A program made the translations under genes and the position numbers. DNA of 64,000 bases from Nageia nagi (lineage: Eukaryota > Plantae > Pinophyta): positions 16,740,001 to 16,804,000 of the forward strand of contig JBITNC010000002.1 in the NCBI GenBank assembly GCA_050084985.1, given 5' to 3'. Shown piece after piece: positions 36,101-51,100 of this stretch. Positions within the stretch are counted from its first letter, which is position 1; each line of letters starts with the position of its first letter. Below the pieces are notes generated by a model that was given only the letters and a program-made list of their open reading frames with translations, was not told the origin of the DNA and searched no databases.

Positions 36101-39100
36101 GGTTTGACAGTATAAGGATGCAGAAGCTCAATGGAACAATTTTTTGGCAAGTTTTAATGAATGGATGGGTAAAGTGAATGAGAGTCTAAAAACTTTTCCT
36201 TTGGTGGGTTTACGCAAAGAAATGATTCAGGATAACATGTTGAAGCAATTTGAAGAGGAATTTGATCAGGTCGTTTGTGATAAAACAGAACAAAATTTGA
36301 TTAGTTTTATTGTTAAATGCACAAGAATTGCAGAGTTGGCAGCTTTGCACATGGGAGAAACTAAGTAAAAGGAAGTAAATAAAGCAGTTGTTTGATATTG
36401 TTTGTCATTGTACTTCTCTTATTGTTGAAAGGTGAGAACAAATTGAAGATAATATGCTGAGATACCATGGGACCTACAGCTGGCAACTGGATAATAGTTT
36501 TCTTTTGATGATTTCAGAGACAGTTACAGTTAGTACACCAGCTAAGCAGTTTAACAGATTTCTGTTGAGAAAGGAGTTTGCAATTTTGGATTATAAATAC
36601 TCATTTCAGAGGCAGAAGAATGGAGTCTATTACAGATATAGCCAAGCTAAGGTATTCTAGTGTTTGGTTGATTGTCTTTTTTATTTTCTTTATGTCTTAT
36701 CCTTCTGTCCATGTCTAATGCTTCCCCTTTCTATGCAGAGTTTTTGTACAAGTTCTAATAGAGCTGCTGAGATCATTTCCACAAGCTTTGATCAAGAATC
36801 AAAAAGCCCTACTGTTAGTACATTAGAACATAGGGATTTTGTGACACATTGTTGCATTATTTGAACAATGACTCTCTATTGTATAGAATTTTGAGACCTG
36901 GATCACGGTAATAGGCTCATTACTGTACTCACCATGAAAAATTAGTACAATTCCTTGTTTTTCTTGGCAATTCTCTTGTTCATTGAATGTAGGTTTGCTG
37001 GTATTCATGTTGCATTATTTGAATGTGATTATCATGCATTTCCTTCATTGTCTTTCTTGATTGTCTTTATTGCATTATTTGCACGAAGTTAGTCACAACA
37101 GTCTTTCCTATCTCATTCTTTCTGCTCATTAAAATTGTATCCAATTTGCTCAAGTTGATAATGGATAAGGTACCGGTCTCTTTGAAAGGATATGCTGTGC
37201 AAACTTACATCAGAATTCTTTATACAAATCTTTTAATTCTTAAATTGAATTGTATACTTAACATCATTCACTTCAGCTCTGTTATCTGGTTAAGGCTTTT
37301 TTTGGGATCATCCAAAGTGTTAGCTTATTAGGGTCTCCTTACCTTTTGCTTGATCACCATTATGTCTTGAGTTAAAGAGGTGAATTTACCATAGTTCACA
37401 ATATTGCTTGGAAGTAAGAATTTTCTTGAAATTGTGACAGATCTTAAGTGTTCAAAAAAATCTCCAACAAAAACTTTTTGCATAAGCTGAATTTCTTGGC
37501 ATGAAGTTATGGACAGGAAGGTGAATGATTCCCAATATCGTCAGATGAAAATTTGAGATTAGTTTGCTGAATATTGAATTGAATTACAAAAGAAAAATAA
37601 ACTTTAGGTTTCAAAATCCATATATCAGAAAGAAATTAACGGAGCTGATAAAAGTCACCAATATCAATTGATCAAAATTCTTTGTTCTACCATTTATTCA
37701 ATGTTAGGGTTTTCTATTGATGCAAATAATCAAAGATAATGGTAATGGGAATCCTTATGAACCAAGTAGTATATCTTATTTGGACATGTCTTTTTTTAAA
37801 TTTGATCTTGACCATGAAAATTTTTCTCTTTGATTGATAAACAGCGCAGGTGTAATATTTTTACCAAAAAAATCTCAAGGTGGCAACAATTTGTCAGAGA
37901 AATACCCCTCTGAGGTTCATCAAGAATCAACGCAGTTGATAGAAAAAAAGAGAGCTTTCATTACCTTCCATTTCTTTATCCTTAGGGACAGCAATAAAAA
38001 AGAATCTTATTCCATTAACTTTTCTTTACCACACTAAAAACTTGAGAATATATCTGAAATATTTCATAGATACATGAACATCTATGTTATTTTTAGGATA
38101 TCCTAAGGAATGGTACAGAGGATAAAAATGATGCTGAAATATTTCTAAACTACCTAACATTATCTAAATTAAATGCATCATGATCATATAGATATTACCT
38201 TTATGAGTTTATATCTGAATGATTGTATGACTGGTACAGATAAAGGATGGCTTTCCATTCATAAGAATGATTGTTATCTATTATTGCAATTAGTTATTTC
38301 CAGTTAGTGAAAATATGTTTTTATACTCGAGCCAATTAGTTGTAATACAAGTCATGGTAACAAAGGCTTAGACAAACAAAAGCACTAAGATCCAACCATC
38401 AACACGAAGTTGACAGTGCAGATCCATTATAGATGAGATCACTTCAGCAGACAAGTCATTCTCCATGCATATGATGTGACTAGTGTCTCTATGGGTTTGA
38501 CAGACTCTCTAAATATAGCAAACCATACTACCTAATGGCTCTATGCCAACACAAGCAGTCAGTGGAATAAAAGTTCAACCAAGACTCTCTTAATGTTTTC
38601 TATGACAATACTTAAATACATTAAAACAGTAGACGACTGAACAATTTGCTGAGAAACTTAGCAAAAAAGTAACTCAATGTCAGCGGAAATGCTTAGCCTA
38701 GAGAAGGTCTAAACCAATATACCATGATTTTTATTCTTTGAAATATCCACTTCAACAAATTTGTGAAAGAAATATTGAGACGAATAGAAGGTCAGACTAA
38801 ATATATTCCCAGGATCCGTCATGATTAAGTGTTGATTACTTCGCAAAAGTTGGCATTTGACTCAATAATAATTACATAAGCCACTCTTACGATTGGTTAT
38901 TGGACCATCATATATTTTTCATACTTTCTTGCCTAGGATATTTGTTGTTACTTATTTGTGAGAGTGCACTTCTACTTACGTGCAAGATTGAACTAAAAGC
39001 TAGTGTTATTAGATACCTTGTTGATTTAAATGTTGATGCATGGCTTATATTGAGCTATGGTTGCTATGTGCTGTTTTATATCCTGGAAATCAACATATTC

Positions 39101-42100
39101 CCACATATAGCTTGTATGATTTCCATTTTATGCATTGTTTAATCAATTGCTTGTGATTTGCCATCTATTCATTATCATTATTAACTTAGATGATATTATT
39201 TCTTCCATTACAGTCTCTATATGTATAAATCTATATAAATCTTCAGGTCCACTGTGTCATTGGACTACTAATAGACGAATGATGTGCATATCTATTTTTA
39301 TCTATCTTTTAACCTATGTTCAATAAGTAACCAAACCCACCCCTCAAAGCCTTGAATCTCCAAACCCGACATTTCAGATCCTTGAGGATAGGTACTAAAT
39401 GTCCCCATGACATACCAAAAACATGTACCGAAGATGTTTCCAGTTTGGGGACATCTGAGGGGATGCCAAAGATTTTTCCAGTTTGGGGACATTTGAGGGG
39501 ATGCCCAAGCATACCCAAGATGACAAGTGACAAGCTTTCTCATTCCATTTCATCTTAGGTACACCTAGCCATCATCAAAATAGCAAGGAAATGCCCACCC
39601 TATGTTCCAAAAGTACCCGAACCCACCTTCAAGGCCTTGATTCTCTGAACCTAACATTTTGGGTCCTTGAGGATACGTACAAAATGTCCCTGTAACGTAC
39701 CAAAGATGTTTCCAGTTTGGGGACACCCAAGCTGTGACGTCCCCCTTTGATTATTGTACTTAATTCTGGAATCCAACGGATTACCTCTTTTGTACATATT
39801 TAATTATTATTCATGTTTATTAGTTAGGACTTGGAATAGAAGATTTAATGGGTCATTGGACCCCACTATGAGCCCCAAGTGGGATGTCTCCCTCTCAAGT
39901 GTAGATTAGAGTGTTCTAATGTACTTGGAGATCCCAAAACATGATTGTGGGAATCCCAAGGTCTATTTAGCACTTAGAATATGGATGAGCACTTAATGGC
40001 CTCAACGTTGAGATTGGGAGCACTTGTACACATGCACCAACCTTGGGGAGACTTCTAGATCCCCACATTGGCCCATGACACCCACGTTGCCCCCATAGAT
40101 GCCCACACATGCCTTCTTGACCCACACATGCATCCTTAGACCCACGTGGAGCATGAGGGAGGCCAAGATACCCACGTTGGGCATGGAATGACTCTTAGGT
40201 GCCAACATTGGGGCTTCAAGGGATTGGGTGATGACATTGAGATGAGATCCAGATCTAGGAAAGCTATATTAGCCCTTGGAGCCTTTTTGGTGGATATACT
40301 GAATTTGATAATATTACTCATACCGTTAAGAGGACAGAAGTCTTAGCGTAGCGCTAAGCAAGATCCCTAGGTGTAGCATCTAGGAGGGTTGACAAGTTGA
40401 GGGATTCTGTTAATCTACAGCTTTGGTGTAGCACCCTAGCCCATCCGATGGTAATCCAAGGTTGAGCTTCTACCATTCAGTTGGTCGCCAGGGTTTGAGG
40501 AGGGCTCCTTCAATTGAGAGGATTCATATTCTGATGGAGCAAGACTATCCCATCCATCATCCGTCCATCCAGCAATGAAGACGCATGTTGTGCCCTAGTT
40601 GGCTCCTTGGAGGCCAACGTTGAGCCCTTAGGGCCTGGTATTGTATCATTGTTCATTATTTATCATCAATACAGCCGTTGGGTAATTGGATCTCATATTG
40701 TATTGTGCACTTGTCTATACTTGCAAGGTTGTGGTGTGTTTACTCTTTCATGCATGTTGTAGCCATACGTTGGCATTGTGAGGTGTTGTGCATTGATATT
40801 TGCTAGTCTTGGCCAGACGTTGGCATTATTGCATTGTTGAAGCTTAATCTAGATTCCCTAGGTCAAACATTGGAGCATACTTGTTTTATTTTAGTTATTT
40901 GCACTTGATTTTGTAAGTGGGTCTTTACACAAGCATACCCAAGATAACAAAGGATAGGCTTTCCCATTCCAGATCGCCTGGGGTACACCTAGTCATCCTT
41001 GAGACATCCAAGAAATGCCCTAGTGTATCCTGATCATATCAAGAATGGCCAAGCGCCTACCCACAGCTTGGTGGCCCCATCAGTTAAAAAACAAAAAAAA
41101 TACAAAAGAGTGTGAGGGGGTGGGCCACCCTAACCCTAAAACACAACACTAAAACCCTAAAAATGAAACATAAGAACAAAATAAAAAGAGAACCTGAAGT
41201 GAAACACACATTGTGATTGCTATACGCCATTTGGAGTTCTCAGTTTGGAAGTTGGAGTTTGGAGAACTTGGAGCTCAATTAAGAACAAAATAAAAAGAGA
41301 ACATGAAGTGAAACATACATTGTGATTGCTATTTTCCATTTGGAGATAGGAGTTTGGAGAAATTGGAGCTTAGTTAAGCACAATTGTTTCAGGGTTTTGG
41401 ATTGGAGCAAGGGGCAGCAGTTAGACTTGGGAAAAAGTTTGAAGCAGGAGCAAAGGGCAGCAACTTTCTAGTTTCTATTGTGTTTACTTTCTAGTTTGTT
41501 GTCAATGGTCTTATCAATAACATTTCCCTATGAAGACCAAAATATTACTGGTGCATATGTCAAAAATATCAATCTACATAATACAATGATGCTTGTATAA
41601 GTGGAATCTTTATATGTTATAAATTTAATAATTATGCCACAAAATGTTTTGTGGCTGTTTTATTTAATCTCATCCTTAATCTGTCTATCTTATCTCGGAA
41701 TTTACTTTAGAAGGAATCTTGGTCATGGTCGTAGGATGCTCATTTGTATCAGTTATTTTTTTGGCAATTGTTACAACTGTGCTTTCTAGAAGCCCCTTGC
41801 TGACTGATTTTTCTTGAGTTGGTTGGAACTGTCTGAAAGAATATGGAAGAATTGAACACACAATAATCCGATTCATTAGGTAAATTCGAAGTACAATATA
41901 TAGGACCTCAATGAGTAACTGATTTGAGCTCATGGAGGTTACATGGAGGACCAAAAATGAATGCTAAGGAATGTTACACAAATCCACTCAAATCTAACTC
42001 AAAATAGCTAAATGGGAGTTACAATCATGTTCTAAGACACTCTCCCATCATCCCTACAAAGTAACAGAACCTGAAACAACATGCAAACAAGAAAAACTGA

Positions 42101-45100
42101 AGGAAAACTCATAAATGTCATAACTGCCAAAAAGCTCTAACAAAACGCGCAAGGTATTTGAAAACACGATGTCGTTTCCAGAAATGCGATGTTGTTTCCG
42201 GAAACGCACGGTGATGCAGAAACGTGGCAGTGTTTCCACAGACAACAGCATTTCATTCTAGCGAGAATTAAAAGCATAAATCTCCAATATACTCCCCCTT
42301 AAAGGTGAGAGGATTGACCAGGTAGTCTCTCAACTTTACAAACTGACATGTAGCAACACCTTTGGTGAACAGGTCAGCCAAATTGTCCTCACTCTGACAA
42401 TCATGCAATTGAACAATTTTCTTCTCAACCATGTCGCGGATGAAATGGTATTTCATATCAAAATGGTTGGATCTAGAATGATGCACAAGATTATTTGCCA
42501 ACTGAATAGCACTCTGGTTATCACAGAACAAGGTTGTGGCACCAATTTGTTTTTTTCCTATCTCCTCAAGAATTTTCCGCATCCACAAGGCTTGCCTATT
42601 GGCACTAGTGATGGCAATGTATTCAACTTTAGTGGAGGATAAAGAAATTGTTGTTTGTTTTCTGGAAGACCATGTAACAAGACTAAAACCAAGAATGAAA
42701 CAATTGTCAGAAGTAGATTTTCTATCATCAATATTGCTACCCCAATCATTGTCACTATATCCAACAAATTTTACATCTTTATTTTTGAGGTAATGGATGC
42801 CGAAATCATGAGTGCCTTTTACATATATCAGAATTCTCTTGGCTGCTTTTAAATGATTCTGTGAAGGAGAACTCATGTACCTAGACACAAGTGAAACAGC
42901 ATGACAAATATCAAGTCTAAAATTTGTTAGGAACATTAAGCTCCCAACTATGCTTCTGTAAATGTGCACATCAGCTTTAGCTACCCCATCATCTTTAGTT
43001 AAGTGTTCTCCATAAGCAATAGGAGTGACAAGAGTTGTACAATCATCCATGCCAAACTTATGCAACAAATCATTAGCATACTTGGTTTGAGAAATAAAAA
43101 TTTGACTCTTGATATACCTCCAAACCAAGAAAATAGTGCATAAGACCAAGATTCTTCATTTCAAATTCTTGCATCATGGAGTTCTTGAAAGCATCATTCA
43201 TTCTAGAAATGCTACCCATATAAATAAGATCATCAACATAAAGGCAAATCAACAAAATATCAGTAACATCATGTTTATAGTAGAGAGTCGATTTACTTTT
43301 ACTTCTTGTGAACCCAGAATTTTAAAAATACCCATCTATTCATGAGTACCAAGCCCTTGGAGCTTGCTGGAGGCCATACAAGGCCTTCTTCAACTTGTAA
43401 ACATGATGCTCTTTAGCTTTCTTTTCAAAACCTTGGGGCTAAGCAACAAACACCTCTTCATCAATGTATCCATTCAAGAATGCACTCTTGACATCCAAGT
43501 GATATACCTTCCAGCTTTTGTGAGTTGCAATGGAGAGAACTATTATGATGGTTTCTTGTCGAGCAACAGGAGCAAAGGTCTCTTCATAGTCTATGTTGTA
43601 TCTCTGAGTGAAGCCTTTGACCACAAGTCTAGCCTTGTGCCTCTCAATGATGCCATCAACATTAAAATTGGTTTTATAAACCCATTTGGAGCCTACAACC
43701 TTTTTCCCTTTTGGAAGCTCAACTAGCTCCCATGTATCATTCTTCTCAATGGAGTGCATCTCCTCCTCCATGGCATTCATCCAAACATCATTAGTACATG
43801 CATTTTAATAACAAAAAGGCTCTAAATCAACACTAGCCACCAATGCAAAACTAGCCAATTCACCCTTGGGTTCACCCTAGGCTATATAAATGGAGATTTT
43901 CAAGCCTCTTAATTACTTGATCTACTTCTTTTGCTTGCCCTCTAGTTACACTATGTGAAAAACTCTGATCTAACATTTGAGAAGGAGGATGATTTGCAAG
44001 TGTTCTATTACCTCTTACTTTACCTTTCTTGCTTGGAGAACCATCACCATTACTTGGAACTTCTTTGGGCTGCACTTGTGTGGACTTTTTGATGCTTTGG
44101 GCTGCACATTTTGTTGGCTGCGCTGAAAACTAGATTGCACATTATAAGAGCTTTCATCAAAGGATCTATCTTCAACAAGTTGTTTTGGATGACCCCATGC
44201 TCTCCTTTCATCAAAAATAACAACTCTTGAAACAACAACTTTGTGAGTTTTGGGATTGTACAATCTATATGCTTTGCTTGTTTCACAATAACCAATAAAT
44301 ATACAAGCTCACTCCTTGGATTTAATTTTTGTCTATACTCCCTTGGAACATGCACATAACTGAAGCAACCAAACATTCTAAAATGTGACGTCGCCTTTAG
44401 CAAATTGTAACTAATTCTGGAATCCCATGGATTCCCCTTTGTATATATTCATTTATTTAATTGTGCTTTAGTGATTAGTACTTGGGATAGAAAATATAAA
44501 GGTCTATTGGACGCCACTGTTAGCCCCAAGTGGGACGTCTTCATCGCAAGCATAGGCTAGTGTGATTTAATATGATTTTATGTACTTGAACATCCCGAGA
44601 AGTGATGATTGGAATCTCAAGGCTTATTTAGCACCTAGATAGCACTAGAGCACGGATAAACACCTATTTGCCCCAACGTTGGATTTGAGAGTACTCGTAC
44701 ACATGTGCCAACCATGGGGAGACTCCTAAACCCCCACATTCACCCATAACACCCACGCATGCCTTCTAGACACCCATGCATGCCCTCTAGACCCACATTG
44801 AGCTTGAGAACCCACGTGAAGCATGAGGAAGGCCCAAATACCCATGTTAGCAAACTGAGGAATCCTGTTGATCTACGGCTAAGGTGCAACATCTTAGTCC
44901 ATCCGATGGTATTATGAGGTTGCATTCCCACCTTCAATGGTTTCCAAGCATGGGAGTTTTGTAGCAGAGCATCCAGGGTTGAGAAAGTGAGGTTGTCCCA
45001 TCCATTGTTCCGTAGTTCCAACATTGATCACATTTGTCCAATCGTTGTACATCATTAATACAACCGTTGGGCATTTGGATCTCAATATTGTCTATGTATT

Positions 45101-48100
45101 TGTCCATTATTGCAACGTTAAGGTGTGATTGTTCATCCATGCATGTATGAGCCAGGCATTGGCATTATTGTGTTGCTTAAGCTTAGATTGGATGCCCTAG
45201 GCCTGACGTTGGCATTGTGAGGTTGTTTGTGCTTGTATTTGAGGCATTAGTCCAGACGTGGGTGCATATTGTATTATTTTTGCTTAATTGCACTTGAGTT
45301 TGTGATTGGGATCTTATATAAAATGATTCAAATTTGGCCTTTTATCATACCATGCCTCAAAAGGTGTTATGCCATCCAACCTAGAGGTTGGACTTCTATT
45401 TAAAATATACACTACGGTCCTAATAGCTTCAGCCCAATAAATATTGCTTAGACCTTTAGTTTGGAGCATGCTTCTTGCCATATTAGCCAAAGTTCTATTC
45501 TTACGTTCAGCCACACCATTTTGTTGTGGAATGAGTTGCCTTCTCACTCCACAATCTTTACAATATTGCAAGAATTCATTACTATAAAACTCCCCCCCTC
45601 TATCAATTCTCAAGCATTTCAAATAATAACCACTTTGTTTTTCAACATTGTTCTTGAACTCCTTAAAGTATGTAAAAGCTTCATTAACCCTTTTGTTACC
45701 TTCATTTGTAGACACCTCCATAGCTCCCATGCCTTGAACTTGAATGGCTTTGTCATCTCCAAGTGTGATCTTGGACTTGTAGGAGTCATCCATGGCACAA
45801 AACAAATTTCCCTTGCCGTTCATGTGGATGGAGCAACCGGTGTCAAGGATCCATGTCTCATCTAGCTTTTGGGATGAATCGACATAAGATAAGAACAAGG
45901 TGGAGGATCCATCCTCCTCACCATAGTTGGCACTTTGGGATCCTTCTTGAGAAGCCTTCAATCTACATTCTCTTTCATAGTGTCCATATTTGTTACAATA
46001 GTAACATTGCTTGTCTCTTTTGTCACCTCTTGGAGAATCCCCTCTACCTCTTCCTTGGAATCCTCCTCTACCTTGGAAGCCACCTCTACCTTGGAAGACA
46101 TTTAAAAACTTCTACATTTTTCTATTCAAAATTTCAAATATAGTGCACAATCTGAGCTGAAGAAGAAAAAAATCGGTAGTGTGACATGTTAATGTTTGTT
46201 TAACACTTATTTTTATGGTCCTTACAATAGTCCCCATGATAGACACTTAATAATAAAAATATTTGCATCGGACACTGATATACCTATTGTTAGCAGGAGA
46301 TAAACAAGGAAGTAAATTGTTGCTTATTGCCATTATAATGCAATACCTTGAAAAAGAAAAACAGGGTTGATGTTTTGCATACAATGATAAAGACAGAATT
46401 TAACAAGAAGTCTCTAAATATTTCTGTAGTGGTTTTTACATCTCAGGTGACTAAAGGAACATTTACTTGATAACCAATAATAACAATGTTGACAAGGAAA
46501 TACCAATAGCTCTGGACAAAAGCAATTATTTTGGAATCTTGCTTCTATTAGTCAAGTAACATGCTGTCCTCAGTGTTTCTGCCGAAAATGTGTTTGAAAT
46601 CTCTTTTGCCTTCATCATTGATTTTCCCTTCTCAACCAAGGTGTAGTTCATCCTTTCTGCAAATCCATTTTGTTGAAGCGTAGGAAACACTAAAAGTTTC
46701 CTTTTAATATCATGATGTTTGCAAAATGCAATGAAGCCTATCGAGGTAAATTCACCTCTATTATCAATTCTGAGAACTTTGATCTGCAAGTTGCTTTCAT
46801 TTTCAGCTTTTGCATTGAATACATCAAAAGCTTAAGACTTGTCCATGAGAAAATACATACCAGTATGTCTTGAGAAATCATCAATGACTATGATGAAATA
46901 CTTTAGGACACCCAAAGATGTGATCTCCATTGGGCCACACAGATCAAAGTGTACCAACTCTTAGTTTGATTTGGCTCTCCAAGCTTTATCCTTCTCGAAC
47001 TTGTCTCCATGTTGCTTGCCCATGATGCAATTTTCACAGAAGCATTTATTTGTTGAGACCTTTGGCAAATCATGCACCATATTCAACCTATTCATGTCTT
47101 TAAGACTGGAATAGTTCAAATGACCTAGGCATCTATTCCATAACTGGTCTTTTGATGATCATTTAAAAATCAAAGCTTAGTCATTATGAGTGACAAGATT
47201 CATAGTTGTCAGACACGAACTCGGCTCGAACTTATTGGGGTCCCGTCGAGACTGAAAAAAAAGGCGAACTTGACAAAAAGAAAAAAATTAATTTTCTATA
47301 TATATATATTCATTGAAAACATTAGCTTTTTCAATTGCATATTACTTATTACTGTTATTAATGTCTTCTAGAAACCTATTTACTCAACATCAACATTATA
47401 CAATTTACAATATACACAAAATTACAAATAAGAAATGGCAAATAAGAAAGGGCATATGTTCGTATTCATCAAAATGTTAATACTTCACAATACAAAATGT
47501 GCAAAATACAAAATCACACAATCTATGATGGCTGAAAACTTCAATTTTTCATTTTACTTTTCCCTTTTATCCTACTATAAGCGCCCTTTGTGCCTAAGAT
47601 ATGAAACTAGATCCAACTACCTCTTCATGTGCCCTTTGCTCTTCTTGCCCTTTGTCGCTAACTCCTTTGCTAGATTTTCAAAATCCTCAAAAAGAAAATT
47701 AGCTCTAAGAGAAATCATGTTTTTTAGTTGTAAAATGCCTCTTGCCCTCTCTTTCACCCTTCTCCTAGCAACTACCAAATGGGGAGGGGGTTCTTTTGTT
47801 TTTATGTTACTTTTTTCAATTTTTGCTTTGCTAGAGTTGGCGAGTTCCGACGTTAGAACTTAGACTCACCCAAACTCAAAACTTGACCAGACTTGGCGAG
47901 TCCATCGAGTCCCAAGCGGACTGGACATGGTAGAGTCCACTCAAGACTCGAGCTTGCAAGTTTGGGCAATTTCCAATGATTTTGACTACATTGACAAGTT
48001 TACACAAGTCAAATTCCTCTTTACCTACACCAATTACATTGTTTAGACTATATTCTATATTGTACATTTGCCCTTTCTAAAACAGAATTTTCATGTTTTA

Positions 48101-51100
48101 CTAACCTATCCAACTAGTTGAAATAAAGTTTTTCTCCATACCAAAGTACATACAAAACATTAGTGGTGATAAAGCACTTTGATGGAAGCTTTGCCAACTC
48201 CTTTCACTTGCAATGTTGAGTTGTTGTCAAAGCTGACATTTCTTCCTTCCATCGCTTGGATGTCATAAAGCTAGTCTTCTTTTCCCATCATGTGCCTTGT
48301 AGCACCAAAGCACCAAAGTCAATGTACCACACTTGGTCATCATCATTATGCTTTGATTGATATGCAATAACGAATATGTGGCCATCCTAGTTGGATGCAT
48401 ATTGGCCACCTTGCTTCTAATTATCAACTTTGCCTCTTTCCAATATTTTTACATGTGGCCTAGCTTGCCACGATAAAAACAAGTGACAACCTTCTTCTAC
48501 TTTTGAGGTTGTCTTTGATTGCAAGGCTCCTCAACCTTTTTCACAAAAAGCTTCTTTTGCTTGAACTTTTTGAACTATGTTGCATAAGCTCTAGAAGAAT
48601 ATTCTTCTTCATTGTTCAAGAGAAGCTGTTCATGTTGCAATAGAATTCCCTACAATTCATTGAATGTGAGGGTACCAACTTTCCTGCTACGCGTTAGACT
48701 TGACTTTGATAACCCTTCGTCAAACTCTTGAAGGTGGCTGAAACTAGCGCTTTGTTGATGATCGTTTCACCGAGTGATTTCAACTGGTTTGTGATGGCTT
48801 TGATGGATTGCATGTGTTCTAATATGGTACCACATAGCTTCAAACTATAAAGTTGTTGTCTCAGTGTGAGAACACATGCTTCATTCTTGTGCTTGCACAA
48901 AATCACGATGGAGTCCCATGCTTCTATCAAATTAGTGGCACTTACCACATTTTCAATAATGCCAATTGATTGATAAATTAACTAAGGCACGGTTGACACA
49001 TTGTTTTGTGTCATATTCAGCTTGCGTTGCATCAGCATTTATTTGATGGTGTGCTGCATCGCCTTCAACATAACTCCATAGGTCGTGAAATGCAGAACTG
49101 GACCCATCCACAGTCATTACTGTTAATATGTCTGCAATCTAGGTTTTAATCTCGGTTTGCTCACACTGACTAGAAATCTGAATTCTAGGAAGAAATCTCG
49201 ATGGCCCTGCACGCAGAAAGTATCTGTCGGAATGCACAGCAATGCAAGGACAAATGGGAGAAGTTAACAGAGATAGCACTTTCGAAGCATAGAGTGCTGG
49301 TGATGTCACACATGGACCAGATCACTATGTAGAAGGAAGTTTACCACGCATGCTATTCGTGTACAGCATAGCCCGCACAAACAAGCTCTAGACACCGAGT
49401 TATTCCTGTCTTGGTGCTACTTACAGCAGTTCTCCAGCTGCAACACGATGCATTTGAAGTTGATCTAGGCAATTGAGCGTGGTGCAAGGGCAACGCCACA
49501 TTACACCAAATGCCGAGGTTCTCTTCCTGCCTGCTCTGCACTGTATTCTACCAGGTCCTACCATAGAGGCCTCGAAGAGACCAAGGAAAAACAACAGGTC
49601 CGGCTCTAGCAGATTCCTAAGACTGCTCTGATACCAAAGTTGGATCTATAAGAGCAAAGAATAGCAAATACAAAACTCAGTAACATCCTTAACCAATAAA
49701 ATTATGTCTGCACACAAAACATATGTGAATTGTTCACATTGGATTATAATACATGAAGATAGAGGCTATATATATAGCCTTATGCTAGCTTAATTAGAAC
49801 AACCTAATAGGGCCTTACCAGCACCTAAACCATCTCAGTTGATTGGGTGCATTCAATACAGGCCTGACCTTGGATTTGTGCACGTGGGAATAGAATAGTG
49901 CACATGTGAACAATAATAGACAACACTCATGAAGTAAATATTAAAATCTAATATTCTAACAGTTATTGCAATATTTAAGCAGAGGTTTGCAAAATAAACA
50001 ATATAAGAAGTCCAAGAAACATTATCAGTGAGCTCCCTACTTTCAACTGGCCCTGAATCGATTTCAAGCCAATGCTTGAGCAAAGAGATAACTATTTTCT
50101 GACAGAAAAAATGCAGTTTTGAAGATTCGTATAAGTTTTTAATATGATAATGAATTCAAATAAGTGATACGAAAATTATTAATAATTAGAAAAACCACTT
50201 CAGAATTAATGTGTGAAATACAAGTCACTAAGTGACAGTAGACCACTCTGAGAAGGTCCAATATCAACATGCCTGAAGATAATAGCCAAATATCCAAGAT
50301 GATAGTTGCCCATTGATGATGCCCTGCTCACTTGATGACTTCATATAGACACACATTAATTTAGAATTATCTCAATCCCTTAAGCCAAGTCATACTAGTA
50401 ATCATATTGGGATGACAATAGTTGTTGTGTAACACTTGCGCACAATTCATAACAGATTTCTGTAAGCTCAGTAGCTGCAACAAACTCTCCTACAGCATTC
50501 CCACTTTGCCAAAGGGAGTCTTCAACCAGGAATTTCCCTATCAGAGCCTAAGGATACATTCATACTGGAACAACATTAGGAAAAAATTCCCTAAGACCAA
50601 AAGCACAGATTAATATTTCATAAAGAGAATTGCACAACATGAACCATGATCCTGCATCAAAAAAGGTAACACCATCCTTTCTAAAAGAGAAAATCATGGT
50701 TAAATATCACAGATAAATACTTATGACAGCAATCAGCAAAAGAACAGTGGTATTTCATGAACATGCACAGTGCAAATCGACCATGGTTGTCATTGAAAAA
50801 ATAGCATCAATATCCTTTCTAAATGAGAAAACCACATTTAAACATCACCGAGGAATAATCACTGCATTCAGAAAAACAGTGACTATTTTAGCCTTTTAAA
50901 TATTTTATAACAAATTGATAATCTTCTGGAGGCTATTGGATATGCAAGTAGTACAAAATAGCCGCTGCCAAACTCATAATAGCTTGTCTCTTGACACATC
51001 CAGAGATTCAGCTTAAACAGCTGAAGGGTGGGAGGGAGAGACTCCTAGATGGACACCATGGCCTTCTCTGAAAGAGTTAAACACAACTAAAAGTGAAACC

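Larger units (their letters stand above)
38381..49001 (+). repeat. Source region of the duplicate at 12106-16233
   Basis: Colinear match except the solo LTR 39733-40929, the block 41537-46683 and smaller indels. Confidence 0.9.

Noticed and set aside
39733-45318. LTR A and LTR B as the two ends of one intact element
   Set aside because: Each has its own distinct TSD, no PBS or PPT adjoins them, and B splits an unrelated copia integrase.
49763-49780. Perfect palindrome AGGCTATATATATAGCCT
   Set aside because: A TATA region of an LTR; mostly a (TA)n run, which is self-complementary by nature.
50638-50848. Two-copy ~140-bp-period degenerate repeat (also a 25-bp duplication at ~54574-54615)
   Set aside because: Ordinary local tandem duplications in intron DNA.
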